From Harriotta raleighana (lineage: Eukaryota): a stretch of 64,000 bases of DNA. The notes under the pieces are model-generated. The model searched no databases. It was not told where the DNA came from and saw nothing but the letters and a program-made list of their open reading frames with translations. Every line of letters starts with the position of its first letter. Positions within the stretch are counted from its first letter, which is position 1. The stretch is from NCBI GenBank assembly GCA_050575255.1, contig JBNZDD010013730.1, positions 8,214,012-8,278,011 on the forward strand, in the 5' to 3' direction. Shown one piece after another: positions 1 through 10,320 of this stretch. The position numbers and the translations under genes are program-made.

Positions 1-1009
1 GAATCAGATTCAGGAGTGTGGTTCCATCCAATATATAGTAGAAAGACAAATGCGATGAGGGTGCAACTACTCACTATGTTAAAATTCTCCGTTGCTTAGA
101 AACATAGGATGTGTTTTGAAGTGAAATGGTGGGCAAACACAATTAAGGCTGGAGGCAAGCAAGCATATATTCTGGCTCCAGAATTAACTATTGAAATAAA
201 TCCTATTTACTGCTTTGTTTCAAATTATTCTCTTATGAGTGATTTTGACCCATCATCTTTCGCGCTGAGCAGGGGCTAACATTTGATCTCTCAACATTGC
301 ACACGATTGATTACTCATAGTTATTCTATTTATCACAGTGTGTCGCAAAGCCTTTCTTTCATTGTTTCACTCTGGATACTGTGACTGATTTCAGCTTGAT
401 CTTGTAAGAAGTTGGAGTGTGTATTCTGGAATGATGAGATCAAATGAGCCGGGGTTATTTTGGGATCCCCGTCTCTCTTCTTTTTGGAGAGTTTAGGAGT
501 TTGGGTTTTCCTGACTTTTACTGGTGGTTTAGTTGCTGGTGGCAGAAGATAAATTTTTAGCCAGCTTTGGTTTTGCTTGCCCCATTAATGACAGTGAAGA
601 ACAAGAAAATCAGTGTCTGCCACTATTTGTATTTGTCTTTTTACTGCAAAGTAAATCCATTCTTCCGGCTTTTCTTAAGTGAGTACTTAGCTAATGGAGA
701 CCCAAGACAATTAGCGCACATGCCCAATCTGTTTATTGATTTTTGCGATGCCTAATACGGAGTACATTTGTGATTCACTGACTTCTGGTCGCTTTCCAAG
801 GACAGTGACTCTGTGAAGCCCTTTGAGATGTCTTTCTGGCCCTACATCAAATGTAGGGATTTTCGTTTATTCGAATGTCACGAATAAATGCACAGCACCA
901 AACTTGATCCATGCATCTTATTGTGTCAACAAGGTAAAGAAGCTTAGCAGATGTTTTAAGTAGCCTCAATGTATCTTTTAAAGATTACGGAAGACATTGG
1001 TGTCAACTT

Positions 1010-1135
1010 AGCTAAGCTTGTGGCACTCTCTCGTTTCAGTCAGAAGGTTTGTAGGTTCAAGATGCTTGTCAGTACTTCTAGATTTGCACTCCGGTACAGT
1101 GCTGGGAGAATTGCTGCAATGTTGGAGGTGGTTAA
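1010..1135 (+). mobile_element. Degenerate 5' part of a Deu-domain (SacSINE1-like) SINE
   Basis: ggcactctc...agtcagaaggtttgtaggttcaag head followed by cactccggtacagtgctgggag...tgctgcaatgttggaggtg, resembling the recalled SacSINE1 consensus. Confidence 0.55.
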
Positions 1136-1520
1136 ATAGTGAAGCAATTAATATTTTCCATTCTTACTGAAAATCCTAAAGATGAATATTATAATGGAAA
1201 CGAATACTGTGCAGGATGAAGAGCATTTATAAATCAATCATTTTCCTGGACTGGACTAAAACATTGTTCTCTGGTTACATATTTTTACAGTTTAGTTGAA
1301 TTTCCTGGTAGTTTTGCTTGATTGCCTTCTTGTGCTGCAAAGTAATCGTTACAGAATGTTTCCTAAATTGGTCTCAGTGGGATTTTATCTGTGTTTTTGA
1401 GCTGCTCCCTAAGGAGATTATTATATAATAAAAGCTCTTCTGTTGTTGTCTTCTCCCGCATTGTATCTACTCACATTGCTAGAGAGATTGTTACTGTAAA
1501 TGTAGCCTTACTCTACAGTG

Positions 1521-2035
1521 AAACAAAATTACATTTGTATTGTGCCTTTCACATCGAGAGGATGTCGCAAAGCACTGGAGAGATCGTGTCTCTCACTGTG
1601 CTTGGGATCGGGATTGGGGAGGGGGGAAGGGAGAAAGGAGGATATCGAAGGCACCATTGAAGAGGAGGGTTTTAAGATGGGTGTTGAAGGACGCAAGGGA
1701 GGAGGCGAGGGGTGGGATAGAGTTCCAGATGATAGGCCAGAATGGCAGAAAGCCCACCTGCAAATGGTGAAGCAGGAGACGTGAAGCAGGCCAGAGCCCA
1801 CTGAGCAGGCAGGTTTGTTGGGGGTTAGGAGGTCACAAAGGTAGGAGAGAGCAAGGTCATGGAGGGCTTTTGACAGTGAGGATCAGGATCTTGAACTGTA
1901 TTCTCTGTGTAATGGGAAGGTAGTGGAGTCGAACAAGGATGGGTCTGCTAGGGTCGCGGAGCCTTGTGCGGGAGAGGACATGGGCTGCAGAGTTCTGCAT
2001 GATCTGCAGCCAATGGAGGGAGGAGTTCGTGGAGG
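1521..2035 (-). mobile_element. L2-clade LINE 3' fragment
   Basis: Minus-strand peptide LQIMQNSAAHVLSRTR...PILVRLHYLPITQRIQFKILIL is a typical L2 ORF2 C-terminus; 3' end gtgaaaggcacaatacaaatgtaattttgtt. Confidence 0.88.
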
Positions 2036-2837
2036 TGGGGGGTGGGGAGTGGGGGGTTGTTAGCAAGTTTGGATGTTATGAATGCAAGCCCTGCATTGCT
2101 TACATGCACCACTGTGTTGCATTCCGGGGGAAGGGGTAATTTGCAGGGCATGTTATGCTAATTATTGTGGTGATAAATATCACAGCTCATGCCAAAAAGT
2201 TCCTTGTATTGATGGAGTCTCTTACAGAAAACTCAGTATTTCTTTTGTACAATGACATTGATGAGCACAGCATTAGAGTTGTGATTCCCTAACTACACAG
2301 TGAACTGCCACTGTTTCTCTCGGGTAAAACATTTCTATTCCGACAAGGTCAGCGAGACAGAAAAGTGCATATTCCAAAGATCACATTAGGAGAACCGCTA
2401 TTTTTCCCCCCATTTAAGAAATCCTATGTTATTTTAAACAATAATTGTTAATTTGGTAATGCATTATAAAGTTTCTATATTGGTCGTACATTTGTTTTAT
2501 TTTTGCCAGAAACTCATTTTGTCAGAATCATATGAAAATGTGCACGTTTGTTTGGATTCTTTATTAGATTTATATAATAGCTCAGGCAATGTCCTTTCTC
2601 TCCAGGGATCTCATTAGACCTGAACCATGACTTTTTACAGTTGGGACCAATAAAATCTTTTACAAAATGGTTTGTTCGAATCACGTTATTTCGAATGATG
2701 CAAGGGGTTCCAGCATTCTGTAGCTGAATGCTATCCCTGTAACATTGACATGAAAAGTACACAGGGAGAGTGCTCCTGTCTGCTCATATTGATTCGATAG
2801 ACCAGAAGCAATGGTCTGACAAGTGCTCTGTTTAATA

Positions 2838-2935
2838 ATAACTACAATAATAATAATCCTTGCATTTGATATAGCATCTTCTCAAACAATTCACAGAATA
2901 TACTGTATAATAAATTGACTGCATATTGTGAGGGC
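2838..2935 (-). mobile_element. 3' fragment of tRNA-derived SINE with (ATT)n tail
   Basis: aataataatccttgcatttgatatagc motif, shared with many other copies in the window. Confidence 0.7.
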
Positions 2936-4484
2936 AACACGTGAGTTTTTCTCTTAACATGAGGTGAATGAAGCCTCAAAGAAGAATTTTTTTGTTTCAT
3001 CATTTTGGAGGGTTTCAGAAAGTTTACTTTTTTTTTCAGAGATAGAGAAACATTTTTATAGTGTAAACCTGCATCAAGTTATCCAATAATCACCCCCTTC
3101 CAACAATTGTGGTGATATCACACTTCAGTCCATAGATGATCATTTGAAAGAAGCCATAATGTATGAACAGCCTGAATGTCTGCTTAAATGTCACAGTAAA
3201 ATAAAACATGCTAACAGGAAGGAGGAGGTAGATGGAGCAGCAGCTATGGAGTACAGCCAGCAAATCGCAAATCTTAGGTCAATTCATGCAGAAAAATGCC
3301 CTTCGTCTTAATCACGTTTTATTAATGGCTCAATTTATAGACTGTTCAGCTCAAGTAGGGTAAACAGTTAATTTCAATTGATTAGTGTTCACGACATCAT
3401 TACAATTACATTATTTTAATAGCACATGAGGTCTGCAGTTGGCCTGCATGCATTTCAGACCACATAGAGCATTGGAGCTGCAATAAGTACTTGGATGATT
3501 TAACAGGAGTCATAACTGGTCATCTGTAACACCATCAGCACTATAAAGCATGTTGAGATGAAGGTTTTTTTTTACTGCCACTTTATAATATAGATTTGAG
3601 CATTTGTTCAAATTTTACATCTTCATATCTCTAACACTCCTCAAATCAATATGTCATGATGGAAACCTCTTCGCTGGGGTCAATTCCGTCACATTCCGTC
3701 ATATTTTGACTTGTATAAAGAGATCCAGATAAACACCAACTGTCTTTCTAAGAGGTGGTTTAGAAACCTGTGTTGATCCTTTTCTTGTCTCTAATTTACC
3801 TTCGCAATGTTTATTTGCATCCGTCTTATCAGTTTTTTGATTTCATTATTGTAGTACAGTATCTTTGTTAGGAATGCCAATATGGTTTCTGAAGGTTATT
3901 CTGAGGCATCACTCCTAAATTGATTCCTCTCACATTGGAATGTGTTTATTAAAATAAATATATATATTTACTGTTCCTAAAGTTAATAAAACAAATCTTT
4001 TTAACCAAACATTATGCAACAGAATTACCCTTTTCATCCTTCTCAATGGATTTACATAATAATATCTGCTCCTGTTCTTCATTCATTAAAAAATGTTGCA
4101 CGACTGTAGAAAAACAAGTTGGTTGAGACGTGTGGAAATCCAATTAAATCAAACAGAAGGGGTTGTAAGCTTTATTTCCTCTGTGATGAAAATGGGAAGC
4201 TGTCACCTTTAGAGACTGGGATTCTGAGGGTACACAACATGTTCCAAAGATGTCTGTTATTAACTCGATCACTGCTGAATGTCATTGTTCACACTGCAGT
4301 TCCAGGTCCCAAGAAGAAGCCAACTGATGCAATCTTGTATCCTTGCAAAGTTTGTAGGGTTCTATATGCAACTTTCTAATGGGATTCCTTAATAAGGGTA
4401 ACAGGTTTGAGCTCTCTCTGGTACACGTAACGCATACTATGTCCAAGCTAAGTTATCCTGAGAAGTGTTGTGTACTGAATACTG

Positions 4485-4590
4485 TAATAATAATAATCCT
4501 TGCATTTGATATGGTGCCATATCACAGCTTCAAGACATTTCAAAACTTCAGATTATACTGGAAAGTGAATTGACTGTATATTTGTGGGCA
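4485..4590 (-). mobile_element. 3' fragment of tRNA-derived SINE
   Basis: aataataataatccttgcatttgatatggtgcc...aaagtgaattgactgtata. Confidence 0.75.
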
Positions 4591-5286
4591 TAACTCCCAC
4601 TTTTCTTATTAAAAATTCTACAATCAACCCTTATTACGTATATAATAATACAATGGGTCAAAATTACCTCCTACTGTGTTTCACAGTGACCTCAGAATGG
4701 CAGGAAGGGAGGGAAATTTCAGTGAGGATTGCCCGCCATTTTTGGTAGAAGGTTCATCATTCTGATTTAGCTGAGAAACACTGATCGCTGTCTAGTTTGT
4801 TATAACATATCTCCTAGTGAAAAGTGAACTCTTTTGTTGACACCAGGTAGCAGTTTTTGCCTTAAAAGCAATAATATTTTGTCCTGTCTATAATAAGAAA
4901 GAAGACCTGGTCAGATATGTGTTGCGTGGCGAAGTTTGGATAAGGGTCAAATGTTATTGCCAATAATTTAGCCAATACCAAAAGTGGCTGCTTCACATTT
5001 TCTCTTGTGTATCTAATGATGTGTGTTGGGTCTGCTGCAGTTTTTGCCATTCATACATTTAAAAGATGTTTAAAATCTGTAACTAATATAAATTCTTGTG
5101 GATCAGTAGAATAATTCTTCTCAAGGGTTTGTTTAACTGACGTTTTAATTCCATTTTTGATTACACTGGAACTCTGCCAGAACTAAAAACCAGTCTGTCA
5201 GTGGGCTTTCATAACAAAGTTAAAATAACTGTAAATCAGATATGATGTAACGCAAGGGCAACTATTGGGATATCTTTAGCTTAGTG

Positions 5287-5533
5287 GAGTTCTATAGCTC
5301 AGTGGTTAGAGCCTCGCCTTACAAGCATGAGACCTGTGTTCGAATCCAGGCAGGTCAGGGTAAATTTGGGCACGTTTCCTTACTCCACACGACTAATAAT
5401 AATCTCTCAAAACATTTTTTTTAAATTGGTCATTTCAATCCACAACTATTTGTGGGATACTGCTCTGCGCAATTGGCGTCCAGAAGACATGAAAAAGCAT
5501 AATATCAATGCAAGGACTATTATCTATTATTAT
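5287..5533 (+). mobile_element. tRNA-derived SINE with intact Pol III boxes (internally deleted)
   Basis: A box TAGCTCAGTGG (5295-5305), B box GTTCGAATCC (5338-5347), Val(TAC)-like loop cctTACaa, body ggtcatttcaatccacaactatttgtggg and tail aatgcaaggactattat. Confidence 0.85.
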
Positions 5534-5791
5534 CTTTAAAAACTTTAAAATATCCCATAAGTGATGCATGTTATAGAGTACTTTTTGTTTAAACTGAGTT
5601 TGTGTATTATACCATACTGTATATTTACCTGTGTTGCACATATTGCATACAGCTGACCAGTTGCTACCTTCTTCTTCATTCCCTTCTTAATGGACTACAA
5701 TTTCTGACATGTTTTGCAACACAACAGTACTTACTAATTTGTTTTACTGGGGATTGATATTGGTTTGGAACTAATAATTGTTTCTGTGTAG

Positions 5792-6348
5792 GGGTGCCCC
5801 AGAAGGAAGATAAGTGTCTCGAGATGCAGGTCGTAGGTCATGAAAAACAACAATGTTCCATACTACATTGATTTTATTTTCTCATAACAGGGAGTTGATA
5901 CCAGAAGAAAGAAATGATTGATGGGAGACAGATTCTTGCCAGGAGACAGTCATCACATTGCTTCAAATACTGATTTATCAGCACACAAGAGCAACCGCCG
6001 AAAGCAGTGAACAAAGCACAGTGATCCAGCTTATAGGTAAAATAGCTGACGTCCCAACACCTTGGCAGACTGTCACATTCTCTTGGTGAATTACATACAA
6101 CTTCCAAATAGACAAACTATTTCTGTGCCTGAGTTAACAGCTTAAGGCCTTTTTCAGCAGCAGTTTTGTTTGAGCATGTTGGGCCACACCCCATCCAACC
6201 AAATCCCACTATTCAGTAGAATTTGGAATACTCTCTAAAACTACTCGACTTTGGAGCAAACACAAACCCTTGGAAAGATCTGGCATTTGGGATTCATCGC
6301 TGCAAACCATTATTTACTGCCTCTTCAAGACAAATTGATAATACAACC
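5792..6348 (+). other. Putative 5'UTR portion of the first coding exon
   Basis: Branch-point-like CTAAT (5771) and ttgtttctgtgtag| acceptor ending at 5791; a second good acceptor (ttttattttctcataacag|) ends at 5890. The 5' boundary is inferred. Confidence 0.5.
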
Positions 6349-6591
6349 ATGCATCCGTCAAGCTTCTTGCCGTTTCAGGCCCTTTGGCTGGCTGTAAGCT
6401 CAGCAATACAGCATTTCCCTTCATGGGGGCACTATGATATATGCAAAACTCAGATTCACTCTGATGAAGGGATGAGTTGGGATTACATGGCCTGCCAGCC
6501 AGAGGCCGCAATTGTGACGAAGTTCCTTAACGTGACCCTGGATCCCCCTAGCATTACTTGTGGAACTCCAGCTGAAACGTACTGCAGTTTG
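6349..6591 (+). CDS. NTNG1: Netrin-G1-like, first coding exon (81 codons: signal peptide + start of laminin N-terminal domain)
   Basis: ATG at 6349 in ACAACCATG context with an in-frame upstream TAG at 6217. Translation MHPSSFLPFQALWLAVSSAIQHFPSWGHYDICKTQIHSDEGMSWDYMACQPE...LDPPSITCGTPAETYCSL matches the netrin-G1 N-terminus (GHYDLCKTQI...WDYMACQPE...LDPPDITCG). It ends at the canonical donor TTG|GTAAGT, phase 0. Family is secure; strict NTNG1 orthology is not. Confidence 0.93.
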
Positions 6592-6826
6592 GTAAGTAAC
6601 ATCAGTTTTCTTGAATGTAATGTTCTGATTCACAGTTTATGAATGATGATGTGAAAGACCTTTACAAAATGTCTTCATTCTGAATTTCTACACATTCAGG
6701 GTCTGTGAACAAAATTGTATTTTAAATTTTTTTTAGCTGAAATATTAGCGCATGTAAACACATTTTGGGGGTAAATTATATGAGGCCCTGTAAAAAAATT
6801 TTTTGATAATATTTTATTTATAAGTA

Positions 6827-8272
6827 CAGTTAACCCTCATTGAACACGACTTTATCGATTGCAAATTTGAGGATACGCAACTAAACAAAAGCATAATTTT
6901 TTTGCGCAGCGCTCGTAAAACTTGTGTACAGTTAATCCTCGACGATCACAGGGTTACTTTCCTGGAATACTGCCCACTCAACGAAATTGCATTGGAGAAG
7001 CTTAAGAAGTAATGGGAAAAGGGGGTTTCGGGGTATCCAGTCGCAGGCTACCCATCTCAAACCTCCAAGCACAAATCGGGGAGAGCGGCAGGTGGGCAGG
7101 GGGGAGGGAACAGAAAGCTGCTCGGAGGCGGGGGGGACTCGGGGAGGTGGGGGCAGAAAACCGCTCAGGGGAGTGCTTGGGCAGAGTGCTGCAGGTGGTC
7201 GGGACGGGAGACGCAGAAAAGTTTCAGCGGCTTTGTTATCGCTTTATTGCTATAATAAAGTGATAACAAAGCAGTAAAGCAATAAAAAAAAGCAATATAA
7301 CAACAGGGTAGATTAGGCTATTTTACGTGCAATCTTGTCTCTCTCTCTTGACACTTCTGTTTACCATGCAATGCAATAGGAAAGCGTTATTGTATTTACC
7401 CAAGAATGCATTGCGAGCGGGGCCAGCCAGCCGAGGAATCGTGCGGGGGCCAGCCAGCATGTATACATAAGTTTTATGCGCGCTGTACAAAAAAGTGATG
7501 CTTTCGTTTCGAGTATACTTGAATTCGCAATCGACAAAGTTGCCTTCGACGAGGGCTAATTGTGTACACGCTGGCTGGCCCCCGCGCATGCGCACGAGTA
7601 AGAACGCCAATAGCTCCCGACTAAATCTGATGATTTCTCGGCTGGCTGGCCCTGCGCGCATGCATTCTTGGGTAAATAAAATAACTCTTTGGTTTCGGAG
7701 CATCTCATGCCATTGCATTGTAAACAGAAGAGAGAGAGAGAGACAGTCTCCTACAGTAAGTTAGCTTAGCTGTTAGTTTAATGCTTTATTGCTTTTTTTT
7801 ATTGCTTTATTGCTTTGTTAGCACTTTATAGCAATAAAGCGATAACATAGCTGGTTGTAACCTTTTTGCATCTCCCGTCCCAGCCGCCTGCAGCTCTCTG
7901 CTCCCCCCTGCCCCCGAGCGACTCTCTGCTCCCCCCCCCTCTGCTCGCTGCTCTCCCCGATTTCTCTCTGCCTCCCTCCCGGGCTCCCCCTGATTTACCC
8001 ACTTCCTGGGTGGTAGGAGAGACGAGAGCAGGAAGAGTGGGGGGAGGGAGAGCAACAAGAGCGCGGAGAGGCGGGCGGAGTAACCAACCAGCTGTAGCCC
8101 GCCTCAGTACGTACCTTGCATTCAGATGTCCCTGGAGGCTTGAGGTAGGTAGCCTGTGAATGGATTCCCCTAACCTCCCTTTTCCCATTGCTTCTTAAAT
8201 TTCTCCAACGCGATTTCGTTGAGTGCGCCGTTTTCCAGGAACGTAACCCCCGCGATCGACGAGGGTTAACTG
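6827..8272 (+). mobile_element. Non-autonomous Tc1/mariner (Tigger/pogo-like) element, outer copy interrupted by a nested copy
   Basis: TA|CAGTTAACCCTC ... GAGGGTTAACTG|TA terminal inverted repeats with TA target duplication; no transposase ORF. Confidence 0.85.
6929..7562 (-). mobile_element. Nested, inverted copy of the same Tigger-like MITE
   Basis: TA|CAGTTAATCCTCG ... CGAGGGCTAATTG|TG ends; 6929-7460 is the reverse complement of about 7566-8272, and about 7463-7562 is the reverse complement of 6827-6928. Confidence 0.82.
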
Positions 8273-9814
8273 TATTTAGAAATGGTGGTGGCATAATGTT
8301 TTGGCGCTTCTGTATGTGGTGCCATGACAGAGTGCAGTATAGGTTGAACTCCAATGCTGAGCTCCTGACAAGGTGCTGCTGTGGGAAAAGCACTGAACAG
8401 ATTATTCACAATCAATCAATGTTAGAACATTGGACTCCCGAGTCCACCCAGAGACGCAGATTCAATCTCCAGTTTCATATACCCACTGACATTAACCTGC
8501 TGCAAGCATGTGAAATCCAGGCATAATTTAATTTAGACATCCAAGTAGACAGCCTGAAAGAAAATATCTACTGCACTAATGCTTATACTTGAACACCTGA
8601 TTTAAGCAATAAAAACAAACAAACAAAAAGGGTTAATTTAACCAGTACGTTGGAACAACAGAAATCTACAGCACAGTGGGAGATGGTTCGTCACATTGAA
8701 GTGAAGGATGACTGCTTTAATAATAACCATTCCGATGTTTACATTTAATAGCTAGGCAGGAAATAAAATCCTAAAAAGGGCAAAAAATATTCTTTCCAGT
8801 CCTCAATAGAGAGAACCAAAGTTCAAATGCTAGTGCATGAATACAGAGATGGGATTCCTTGCACTGTTAGGGATTATGATAACCATTTTTGATAACTCTT
8901 GCTGGAATACAAAGGATAGGATCCAAGGCCTGTACAGGGCATCAGAGATTAGACAGATCAGCCCTCTCAAGTAGTCTGTGCTTGTCACTTTCTGCACAAG
9001 TCCAATTCCACAACTTCTGAGGATTCAGAAAACTTAATTCATTCCCACTCCATATACGTAGCCGCAGTGCTTAACAAATGGTGTAGATAAGGTACAAAAA
9101 CACCAGAATCTGCCAGGTGAATGTCCAGAGGTCTTTTGTCCCACTATATTTGCACAACGCCAACTTCTGAGTTTTTTTTAAAAAAAAGAAACGAATAAAA
9201 AGACTATCATTTGCCTCCAGCTCATTTTGCAAATTGCTTAAATAGACTGGTGGCTTTCAGATGGAAGAAGTCCCAAGTATTAGTAACATTTATGGCATGG
9301 AAGTGCTGATGATGACGGTGGAAATATGACCTTTTGAGTGCTATTATGGATTTTGTAGCCAATCAAAACTGAATTAAGAAACAAAGAGGCTATTAAACCT
9401 CAACTGTGCATGCAGTTCAGGCACAATATTTTGAGATGGACATGTATCTATTCCATTGAGAATTCAAGTATCATTTGGGCTCAGTGGTCTTAATTATGAT
9501 AAGATTAGTGTTGCAACCTTCTGGATGAATACTATTAATAAAGATGTGTTTTTAAACTATGATCATGGGCAATGTGATAAGTTACGTTCAGTGAAACAAT
9601 GAAGCTAATGCATAGATGAAATGCAGCAATACTGAAAGAATAGGTCAACCTAAATAGGAAGGGTTAAGACAATTAAATGCGTTATGTGATGCTCCATTAT
9701 TTTACTGTGAGTGGAGCCAGAATTTGTAAAAGTATGCCTACAATAATACTGTAGATGGTTACAGAAGATTATACAAATTGCAACTCTTTGAAAATCGAAT
9801 GGTTTACAAATCTA

Positions 9815-10050
9815 ATAACAACAACAGGAAAATTACATTTTTATAGCGCTTTCTAGTCGGGAGGATGTCCCAAGGTGCTGGACAAGCAGTGTTTCAGACA
9901 CAAGCTGGAATCGGGTGTGGTGGAGAGTAAGGAGGGAGGAGGAGTGACTGATGGGACTGTCAAAGTGGGGTGTCTTGAGATGGGACTTGAAGAAGGATAG
10001 GGAAGGGGCAAGGCGGAGGGATTGCGGATTGGATTCCAGAGGTTAGAAGA
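9815..10050 (-). mobile_element. L2 LINE 3' fragment
   Basis: aacaacaacaggaaaattacatttttatagcgcttt...gggaggatgtccc tail plus purine-rich antisense body. Confidence 0.8.
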
Positions 10051-10107
10051 GAAGTCTTGGAAAATGCTACTAATTTTTTACATAAATAAGAATTAAATAA
10101 CAATCAT

Positions 10108-10320
10108 CTTGACTCAATTGGCTGAGTGGCTCAATATTCTCATTCCTGGTTGAGGTTCTGCATTGGGACTATAAGGTCACATTCTAGGCTGACACCCAGG
10201 GCAATGCTGAAGGAGTACTACTCTGTCTCAAGTATCATCTTTTTAATAAGATATTAACGCAAGGTCCTGTTCAGATAGAGATTAAAATTCCTGTTCTTTC
10301 GGATGTCTTGGCCAACAAGC
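10108..10320 (+). mobile_element. Deu-domain (SacSINE1-like) SINE remnant
   Basis: ctaggctgacacccagggcaatgctgaaggagtact...aagatattaacgcaaggtcctgttcagatag...gtcttggccaac. Confidence 0.6.

Noticed and set aside
5287-5360. tRNA-Val(TAC) gene
   Set aside because: It continues directly into a SINE body and tail shared with many copies; no clean acceptor stem.
6223-6348. N-terminal 42-codon extension of the 6223..6642 ORF, and its read-through to 6642
   Set aside because: It starts at TTG, has no homology and precedes the signal peptide; the C-terminal part lies past the GTAAGT donor.
6987-8526. Cluster of overlapping ORFs and CpG-island-like composition suggesting a gene or promoter
   Set aside because: Explained by the GC-rich nested MITE; no transposase or other recognisable domain.
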